Shown here: positions 57,347 through 64,000 of the stretch, piece after piece | Position numbering within the stretch: position 1 is the stretch's first letter | Layout: each line of letters starts with the position of its first letter | Notes under the pieces: model-generated | Told to the model about the DNA's origin: nothing | Databases searched by the model: none | The model's input: only the letters and a program-made list of their open reading frames with translations | Assembly: GCA_023898465.1 (NCBI GenBank) | Contig: CP060223.1 | Coordinates: 64,001 to 128,000 of the forward strand | Direction: 5' to 3' | DNA from: Candidatus Nomurabacteria bacterium | GTDB lineage: Bacteria > Patescibacteriota > Patescibacteriia > HK-STAS-PATE-3 | Length of the DNA: 64,000 nt | Made by a program: the position numbers and the translations under genes

Positions 57347-57922
57347 ATGGATATGCGCGTAGAAGCAAGTCCAGAAACCCAGGTAGTAAAAAAGAAAAAA
57401 GGGAGCTGGCGGAAACTCGTCCTTTCGCTCTTTGTGTTGACCGCTCTAGTAGTAATCGTGCAGCAAGCTTTTGACACTTCCACATCCTCAAGCGAAACAG
57501 ACACTCAGGAGCAAAACGTCTTAGGTGAGAGTACGAGTCAACCCGAAAATACTGTTCGAGTACGTTTGAGTGAGGAAGAATTGAATAACCGTTTACAAGA
57601 ACAGATTGGACAGAGTAGTCAGGGAAATACTTTAGCTGATGCACATATAGAGATCCAAGACAGCCTCGGCATTTTACGTATGCGCTGGGAGGGAGGACAA
57701 ACTCTCGAAGCGCAAATTGTGGTAGGTGATTCTCAAAAGGAATTAGTTGTACGTAATGCGAGAGTTGAGGGTGCCGGAATTCTCAATAGCGTTTTTGAAA
57801 CGCTGGCCAAAAGTACGATTGATCAAGCATTGAAGATTATTACCAATAAGCAGGGAGATCGATTGGTTTCTCTGGCGATGGTGGATGGTGCACTTCACGC
57901 GTATTATCGCTTAGCACAATAA
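57347..57922 (+). CDS. membrane-anchored hypothetical protein (N-terminal TM, Ser/Thr-rich linker)
   Basis: A 191-aa uninterrupted ORF. Its stop overlaps the next start. Confidence 0.4.
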   Translation: MDMRVEASPETQVVKKKKGSWRKLVLSLFVLTALVVIVQQAFDTSTSSSETDTQEQNVLGESTSQPENTVRVRLSEEELNNRLQEQIGQSSQGNTLADAHIEIQDSLGILRMRWEGGQTLEAQIVVGDSQKELVVRNARVEGAGILNSVFETLAKSTIDQALKIITNKQGDRLVSLAMVDGALHAYYRLAQ

Positions 57923-58185
57923 TGCCTCGCACATTGCCGAAGGACGTGTTGCTAGAAATCCCCGGTGTAGGAAAAAGTATTGCAAAGGATTTACACGAAT
58001 TAAACATCCATAAGGTAGAAGATTTGCGCCGGCAAAACCCGGAACAACTTTATGAAAACCTGCAGCGTCAGCAAGGAGCGCCAATTGATCGTTGTATACT
58101 CTATGTATTTCGTTGTGCAGTGTATTACGCGAGTCATACTCGTCACGATGTAGAAAAATTGAAATGGTGGAATTGGAAAGATTAA
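57922..58185 (+). CDS. helix-hairpin-helix domain small protein
   Basis: The HhH-like motif is LLEIPGVGKSIAKDL. Confidence 0.4.
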   Translation: MPRTLPKDVLLEIPGVGKSIAKDLHELNIHKVEDLRRQNPEQLYENLQRQQGAPIDRCILYVFRCAVYYASHTRHDVEKLKWWNWKD

Positions 58186-58189
58186 AAAT

Positions 58190-59395
58190 ATGTGGAAGCA
58201 TTCATTTATAGTTATCCTTACCTGCCTCTTCTTCCTTTTCGGTGTAGGTTTTGCAATACAAACTTCTACCTTTAACGCCCCAGATGAGCGAGGGCATTAT
58301 TTATATGTGCAATACGTGCATGAGACCGGGTTATTGCCGGTGCTCTCGGCTGATTCACCAAATAAGGAGGCGCATCAACCACCCTTGTACTATTGGCTGA
58401 GTCAGCCAGTCTTTTCTTTGACCCAGCATTGGTCAGAGCGGGCGCAGGTACTAGCACTTCGTTTTTGGTCGCTTATACTCAGTAGTGGTGTGGTCTTGCT
58501 GACCTATGCGGCAATTCGCCGACTCCTCCCAACCCGTCGACTCCTTGCCTACCTCGCCACGGTTTTTGTGGCCCTAAATCCTCAGTTTCTTTTCATGAGC
58601 AGCGTGATTAATAATGATGCGCTCACAAATCTTCTGGGTGCAGCATGGGTCTTTGCCATTGTTTTTCTTTTTACGCGACAAAGTGTTTTATTAAAAAAAT
58701 CTACCAATGTTTGGATGGTGCTTTTAGCTGCGGCAATGTTTCTCACAAAAGCATCACTCTGGCCATTAGTCGCGCTTCTTGGTCTTGTGCATTTTTTCCG
58801 AGTGCCCATCTCAGAGCGTAAACGTGTAGCGTTGTATTGGATACCCGCCCTTCTGATTATGCTTTGGTGGCTGACTCGAAATACTCTTATCTACGGTGAT
58901 CCGACGGTACATCAAGTGCAGCATGATTTGTGGTATGCTGAGCAGCATCGAAATTTTCTTAGCCCTTCAGGTGTATGGCAGTGGCTAGTTACCCTGGTTG
59001 AAAGTTTTTGGGCGAGATTTGCCTATTTTAATATTGCCCTGCCTGGGATTTTTTATCTTTTTATCAAGCTAGGTCTCATGATGGGGGCGATTGGTTTTCT
59101 GCGCTACACCTTCCAGCATTGGAGTGAAAAATGGCAGCCTCGAATGCAAGCGATCTGGATACTTTGTTTGGGCGCGCTGAGTGTTTTTGTCGGTGTGTTC
59201 TGGTATAGCTTGAGTTTTTATCAGCCACAAGGGCGTTATCTCTTTGCTGTCCTGCCCGTTTTTAGTGCGCTGCTTAGTCTGGGTCTCCTGGTATGGTTGC
59301 CAAAAAAACTTCAATGGTTAGTATTTGCTCTTATCGTTGTTGCTCTCGTCCTGGCTGATGTGAAGAGCTATGCATTGCTCAGTAAGTACGGATAA
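58190..59395 (+). CDS. GT-C fold membrane glycosyltransferase-like protein (PMT_2/ArnT-like)
   Basis: It has ~10 TM helices. The first extracytoplasmic loop carries a DE motif (NAPDERGHYLY). Confidence 0.4.
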   Translation: MWKHSFIVILTCLFFLFGVGFAIQTSTFNAPDERGHYLYVQYVHETGLLPVLSADSPNKEAHQPPLYYWLSQPVFSLTQHWSERAQVLALRFWSLILSSGVVLLTYAAIRRLLPTRRLLAYLATVFVALNPQFLFMSSVINNDALTNLLGAAWVFAIVFLFTRQSVLLKKSTNVWMVLLAAAMFLTKASLWPLVALLGLVHFFRVPISERKRVALYWIPALLIMLWWLTRNTLIYGDPTVHQVQHDLWYAEQHRNFLSPSGVWQWLVTLVESFWARFAYFNIALPGIFYLFIKLGLMMGAIGFLRYTFQHWSEKWQPRMQAIWILCLGALSVFVGVFWYSLSFYQPQGRYLFAVLPVFSALLSLGLLVWLPKKLQWLVFALIVVALVLADVKSYALLSKYG

Positions 59396-59525
59396 ACTTC
59401 GAAACCTCAATACCGAAATACTAAGCAAATTCTAAATAAGAACTTCAAAATACGCCAAATTACTTTGGGAAGCATGTTTAGATATAGTTTTTGTTTCGAG
59501 ATTCGAACTTAGAATTTAGGAATTA

Positions 59526-60626
59526 TTATTCGCATTCCGGATCGTCGTAGCGATGTACGATTCCATGAATAACTTGTCCCAGCATGAGTAGGCTAAGTGC
59601 GAGAAGGAAGAAAGTGGCACCAAGTCGTGGAGCAAAAGTTCCTACGAGGATAATAAGCAGTGCGCCACCAAAGCGAATGCCGCGATCGCTTTTTTTATGC
59701 TCAACATCGTGTTGGTCAGGCACCAGAGTCAGCTCTAGTAAGCCATTAAAGAGGAGAGTAATAGCTGCTCCGCCACAGAGGAGCCATATGATTTCGCTGC
59801 GCAGGAGATTAGCCCCATTTGCAATGATGGCTAACATGGCAGCTCCAATTGCGCCAGTGCCGATATGCAAGGGCAAATGTCCATAGCCCCAAGCTGCCTT
59901 AACCCATTCGTTCTGTCTCACTCGGCGTACCGGTATGGTATTGAAGTAGAGCCACCATAATCCAAATGCGAGTAACATTCCTAGACCGCCAATGAGGAGA
60001 GAGTGAGTAGTCATAACAGGAAGGTCAGCAATTTTTTCTGCTGTTGCGATAATGGTCTCACCTAGGACAATAATCACTAATAAACCAAAACGTTCAGGTA
60101 GATGAGAGTTGCTGAAGCGTGGAAGCTTGCTTTGCTCTCCAAAGGTAAGCGCTGGAGTAAACAGGTCGATAGCGAGTCCAAGTCCTCGTAATATAAGTTG
60201 GAGTGGGGCTGGGACAAAGAGTGAAATGGTCCACAGGATAACTGAGGTGCTGAAGCCAATGGAATAGATACCGGTAGTTTTTCGGATTTCTGGATTATGA
60301 TATCCGCCCCGTATCCAAAGGAAGATGAGTACAAGTCGGGCAAGAATATATGAGACCCCGAAGCCAAATGCGGTACTATCGAGTCCATCGCGTGCAAATA
60401 TTGCCAATCCAGCGATCGGCAGCATCATCAGGAAGGTCAGGAGCTTGTGACTCACATCGTCTGTCTCAAAGCGATCGTTGTAGAGCGTGTGTCCAATCCA
60501 AACCCACCAGATTGGGATAAAGAGTAAAACAAAGCGAAGTACGCCGCTCCAGTCTGGCTGGTCAGCGAGAGCATGGATAAGCTCTCTGATTGCCGCAACA
60601 AAAACAAGGTCAAAAAATAGCTCTAA
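59526..60626 (-). CDS. ltrA: low-temperature-requirement A (LtrA) family membrane protein; N-terminus interrupted by a frameshift at a T-run (~60620)
   Basis: An ERFGLLVIIVLGE motif is present. In-frame upstream of the ORF-track start the sequence reads LELFFDLVFVAAIRELIH, the LtrA N-terminal signature. The likely true start MKMKIKSVEQR (60660) lies in the -1 frame across gattagagctattttttgac. Confidence 0.55.
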   Translation of the reverse strand, partial: LELFFDLVFVAAIRELIHALADQPDWSGVLRFVLLFIPIWWVWIGHTLYNDRFETDDVSHKLLTFLMMLPIAGLAIFARDGLDSTAFGFGVSYILARLVLIFLWIRGGYHNPEIRKTTGIYSIGFSTSVILWTISLFVPAPLQLILRGLGLAIDLFTPALTFGEQSKLPRFSNSHLPERFGLLVIIVLGETIIATAEKIADLPVMTTHSLLIGGLGMLLAFGLWWLYFNTIPVRRVRQNEWVKAAWGYGHLPLHIGTGAIGAAMLAIIANGANLLRSEIIWLLCGGAAITLLFNGLLELTLVPDQHDVEHKKSDRGIRFGGALLIILVGTFAPRLGATFFLLALSLLMLGQVIHGIVHRYDDPECE

Positions 60627-60807
60627 TCACGTTGCTCGACGCTCTTGATTTTCATCTTCATCACGCCGTAAAACCGGATGTTGCCACCAGTGTTTGTGAG
60701 GATTCCATTCGTGTCCCGTATGCATTGCGCGCCGATTGTAGCACATATTTTTAAGCTTGTCATGGCTGGCCTGAGCGATAAAAATGTGTTAAAGTTGTGA
60801 TGAAAAT

Positions 60808-61194
60808 ATGCCACGAGTCATTCATTTTGAAATTCATGCCAGTGATCCAGAACGAGCTGCGCAGTTTTATGCACGCGTTTTTGATTGGGATATACAGAAG
60901 TGGGATGGTCCAGAAGAGTACTGGCTAGTAAACACCGGTGCAGATACGCAAGCCGGTATCAATGGCGCAATTTTTAGGCGTCAGGGTGAATTAAGCCAGC
61001 ATGATGCGGTGATCGCCTTTGTGTGTACTATTGATGTGCCGAATGTTGATGCGTATATAGAGAAAGTGAAGCAACATGGTGGACATGTCGAATTGCAAAA
61101 AATGGCCGTGCCCGGAGTGGGCTGGATGGCATATTGCAAAGACACCGAAGGAAATATTTTTGGGATGATGCAAGCTGACCCGGAGGCAGTTTAA
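60808..61194 (+). CDS. VOC (glyoxalase/bleomycin-resistance) family protein
   Basis: It is 128 aa. The motifs HFEIHASDPERAAQFY...GNIFGM are present. Confidence 0.6.
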   Translation: MPRVIHFEIHASDPERAAQFYARVFDWDIQKWDGPEEYWLVNTGADTQAGINGAIFRRQGELSQHDAVIAFVCTIDVPNVDAYIEKVKQHGGHVELQKMAVPGVGWMAYCKDTEGNIFGMMQADPEAV

Positions 61195-61195
61195 G

Positions 61196-61774
61196 ATGCA
61201 ACACGAACTACTCGATATTATCAATGAAGAGGACGAGGTAATAGGCCAAGCAACTCGGCAAGAGTTGTATGATAAGGGCCTTACTTGTCGCATCGTGCAT
61301 GTGTTTGTGCAAAATAGCCAAGGCCAGTTTGCCATTCAGAAACGCAGTGAAGTGGTGAGCTTTCTCCCGGGCCACTGGAGCTCCTCGGCCAGTGGACATG
61401 TCAAAAAAGGCGAGTCATATGACGAAGCGGCTGCACGTGAACTGCAAGAAGAGTTAGGCATTGAAGCACCTTTAGAAAATGCCTTAACAACTTGGTACAC
61501 CGTGCCAGACCGAAATATCCGCCGTCGTATTGGCGTTTACCTTGCTAAGCACGAGGGACCTTTTGAGCTTGAGGCAATTGAAGTGGCTGAAGTTGTTTGG
61601 CATGAGCCTGAAGAAGTCTTAGCAATGGCCAAGAAAGGCGAGCCATTCCAACCGGAATTGGCAATTAGGAAATCATATTCACCCTATCGAAAGAGTATCT
61701 GGTCATTACATTGCTTTATTGCTCGTAATTGTCAGAAGGCAGGCGAACCACAATTGGACGGGGGAGAAAAATAG
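61196..61774 (+). CDS. NUDIX hydrolase
   Basis: The Nudix box is GHVKKGESYDEAAARELQEELGI. The C-terminal 38 aa have no counterpart in the downstream decayed copy. Confidence 0.7.
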   Translation: MQHELLDIINEEDEVIGQATRQELYDKGLTCRIVHVFVQNSQGQFAIQKRSEVVSFLPGHWSSSASGHVKKGESYDEAAARELQEELGIEAPLENALTTWYTVPDRNIRRRIGVYLAKHEGPFELEAIEVAEVVWHEPEEVLAMAKKGEPFQPELAIRKSYSPYRKSIWSLHCFIARNCQKAGEPQLDGGEK

Positions 61775-62281
61775 AAGACCAGCTTATTACTTTTGAAGAC
61801 TTCTCGCGTGTAATGATTATGTTTACTGAGCGCGAGACTTGTTCCAGGTTTTACCAGATGCGACTGGATCCACAGAAGAAGAAAGAATTCTATAAGATTC
61901 TTTTAATACCTAAAATGGAAGAATCCGGAAATATTAAAATATTCGGCATGGATTGGCTGAAATTTGCACGATCTTTTAATTTTCACTTGCAGGGGCTGGG
62001 TGTGATGTTATTTTACAATCAAAAACTCATAAAGATAAACGATTGAATATTGATTTTTATCTCCATCAATTCTTTTTAACATTAAACATTCATTAGAGTT
62101 GTTTGTAAAAATGACAATGGAGATATTAGATCAAAAAGTTAAAAGACAACACAATACATTAAGCAATTTAATAATAGTCGAAGGTGTTATAAGGAAGTTG
62201 GATAATATCGTTTGTAGATATTTGGCTTCAAAGCAGACTAAGTAAATCAAAAGGTAAGTATGATACGTATTATCTAGACAC

Positions 62282-62575
62282 ATGGAGGAACGGATGGAGG
62301 GAAATTCGAGTGATGGTGGAGTACTACAGCAATTTAAACTTTTGAAAGATCGTGGACTTTCTCAAAAATTATTAAAAGATACTGAGAACACCTTATTTCG
62401 ATATCCTGATTCCAGCATGATAAAGAAGTTGAAGTATAATGAGGTTTTTGCAAAAATTAATATTCTTGACGTTAAAAACTTTAAGAAAGACGTTAATAAT
62501 TCCGGAACACTATTTACAGATCTTTTTCTCATACTTTTATTTTTTCGATACGAGATAGTCGAAGGTGTTGATTAG
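62282..62575 (+). CDS. hypothetical protein (97 aa) inside AT-rich inserted segment
   Basis: The ORF is uninterrupted in ~30% GC DNA. It is flanked by 14-nt direct repeats atagtcgaaggtgtt (62180, 62553). There is no recognisable motif. Confidence 0.25.
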   Translation: MEERMEGNSSDGGVLQQFKLLKDRGLSQKLLKDTENTLFRYPDSSMIKKLKYNEVFAKINILDVKNFKKDVNNSGTLFTDLFLILLFFRYEIVEGVD

Positions 62576-62596
62576 AGAGTTATTATATAAATATGT

Positions 62597-63110
62597 ATGC
62601 AACATGAACTACTCGATATTATCAACGAAAGGACGAAATGTCAGGCCAAACAACTCGGCAAGAGTTGTATGATAAGGAGCCTTACTTGTCGTATCGTGCA
62701 TGTGTTTGTGCAAAATAGCCAAGGCCAGTTTGCCATTCAGAAACGCAGTGAAGTGGTGAGAGCTTTCTCCCGGGCCACTGGAGCTCCTCGGCCAGTGGAC
62801 AGTCAAAAAGGCGAGTCATATGACGATGCGGCTGCACGTGGAGTGCAAGAAAGAGCTAGGCATTGAAGCACCTTTAGAAAATGCCTTAACAACTTGGTAC
62901 ACCGTGCCAGATCGAGATATTCGTCGTCGTATTGGTGTTTATCTTGCCAAGCACGAGGGACCATTTGAGCTTGAGGCAATTGAAGTGGCCGAAGTTGTTT
63001 GGCATAAGCCCGAAGAAGTCTTAGCAATGGCTAAGAAAGGTGAGCCATTCCAACCAGAATTTCTCGACATGTTTAAGCTTGTTATTGAGAGGGACACCAA
63101 TGAAAATTAA
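62597..63110 (+). pseudogene. decayed duplicate of the NUDIX hydrolase 5' 465 bp (multiple indels)
   Basis: About 90% nt identity to 61196-61660. Frameshifts fall at 62630-62650, 62680, 62765 and 62800. It ends in a unique tail overlapping the MBL gene start. Confidence 0.65.
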
Positions 63111-63750
63111 AAAGTATCTTCATTCCTGTCTCCTCATTGAAGAAAATGGAAAGCGCTTGTTGATTGATCCGGGCAAGTTTTCTTTTGGAGATGAGGGGAT
63201 AAAAGCTGAAGAAGTAGGTGCAGTGGATGCAATACTAATCACGCACGAACATCAGGATCATTACTTTCCCGAAGCACTACGCGCTTTTAAAAACCTAGGC
63301 GATTGCGAGATTATCACCCATGCAGCAATTGGTAAGCTGCTTGATGAGGAAGGAATCGCTCATACACTTCTACAGGATGGTGAAGAAAGGGAGGTGGTTG
63401 GTTTTCATGTAAAGGGCTTTGCACGAAGTCACGGTCCTCTACCTTTACCTGTGCCAGACAACTTTGCATATCTTATTAATAGTAGATTATTGCATCCAGG
63501 TGATTCCTATGAGGCAAGTGATATTAGCTGCGAAGTGCTCGCCTTACCAGTCGTCGCGCCCTGGGCCAAGCTGACCGAAACAGTGGAATATGCAAAAGCG
63601 GTTGGCGCAAAAACAGTTATTCCAATTCACGACGCCTTTCTCAAAGACTTTATGCGTCACGGCGTGTACTACAATGTAGCAAAGATGAAGCTTGAGGAGC
63701 AGCATATTGCTTTTCAGGTTTTAGAAAGCGGCGACGAATTCGAGATCTAA
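63100..63750 (+). CDS. MBL-fold metallo-hydrolase
   Basis: The HxHxDH motif is ITHEHQDHY. An RBS gagaggga is present. It is 216 aa. Confidence 0.7.
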   Translation: MKIKKYLHSCLLIEENGKRLLIDPGKFSFGDEGIKAEEVGAVDAILITHEHQDHYFPEALRAFKNLGDCEIITHAAIGKLLDEEGIAHTLLQDGEEREVVGFHVKGFARSHGPLPLPVPDNFAYLINSRLLHPGDSYEASDISCEVLALPVVAPWAKLTETVEYAKAVGAKTVIPIHDAFLKDFMRHGVYYNVAKMKLEEQHIAFQVLESGDEFEI

Positions 63751-64000
63751 AATGAGTTAAAAAGACGGCAGTTGAGACAAGCCCAACTGCCGCGTGGACG
63801 CCTTCTCTGTGTTTCAGAGATGGTGTGGACCTGTTTGGTCCAACTCGACTGTAGTACAGTTGAGGGGATTTGTATAGCGGCATTTTTATTAGAAAAAGTC
63901 CCATACCACACTGGAATGTAAGGTATCTTTTTAAGCGGGACAGGAAACGCTGACATTTTTGCTTGACGACTTCCTTCTTAAGGAGTATGTAAAGAAGGCT

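Overview
This 64-kb window looks like a contig from an uncultivated bacterium; its taxonomy cannot be assigned from sequence alone. It is roughly 40-50% GC over most of its length, with one block of about 10 kb that is visibly GC-richer by eye.

- **1-24,318: tandem array of giant surface proteins.** Five co-oriented genes encode paralogous cell-surface proteins. The first is cut by the window edge. Each has an N-terminal basic tail and a membrane-anchor helix, then a DUF2341-like domain, a variable ConA/LamG-like head, and a long array of FN3-like repeats. All five end in the same conserved 30-residue C-terminal tail. Stretches of about 2 kb are nearly nucleotide-identical between copies. Copies 1-3 are broken by small indels at homopolymer and dinucleotide runs; copies 0 and 4 are intact. 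Two junctions are translationally coupled by ATGA overlaps. A MacB/FtsEX-type ABC ATPase and permease pair follows the array directly.
- **26.3-32.7 kb: mixed loci.** This stretch holds a strongly RBS-driven 36-codon acidic peptide, a D-2-hydroxyacid dehydrogenase, and an archaeal-type (class II) GAPDH that is GC-anomalous. It also holds a Hap/baeRF-like protein, a 49-residue lysine-rich histone-H1-like protein behind an AT-rich TGTACA-repeat promoter region, and a Cache/HAMP sensor with no output domain. A small Cys4 zinc-ribbon protein, a pseudopilin-like protein with TSP3 calcium-binding repeats, and a Wzz-like chain-length determinant complete it.
- **About 32.75-43.6 kb: compositionally distinct cell-envelope island.** It carries eight secreted genes, each with its own consensus promoter and intrinsic terminator. 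Two are OMP-like proteins ending in a C-terminal Phe. Three are lipobox lipoproteins. Two adjacent genes share a C-terminal domain of about 130 residues that I cannot place in any known family. The last two are a putative glycoside hydrolase and a stand-alone TonB C-terminal domain protein.
- **43.6-64 kb: housekeeping and accessory genes.** This stretch holds a flavodoxin operon, tRNA-Asn(GTT), the dnaG-rpoD operon, and a cobalamin-riboswitch-like leader with an intrinsic terminator upstream of a DUF4430 protein. Next come a nucleotidyltransferase-fold protein, groES-groEL, ppsA, a GNAT acetyltransferase, and tRNA-Ser(GGA). A 35-nt partial copy of the tRNA-Ser 5' half lies 300 bp away. A frameshifted ltrA, a VOC protein, and a NUDIX hydrolase follow; the NUDIX 5' 465 bp is duplicated and decayed beyond an AT-rich 0.9-kb insert. 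An MBL-fold hydrolase closes the window.

No CRISPR array, transposase, or rRNA gene was found. Indels cluster in the repeated or duplicated genes and in ltrA. They could be real gene decay or phase variation, or they could be uncorrected homopolymer errors from assembly of a repeat.
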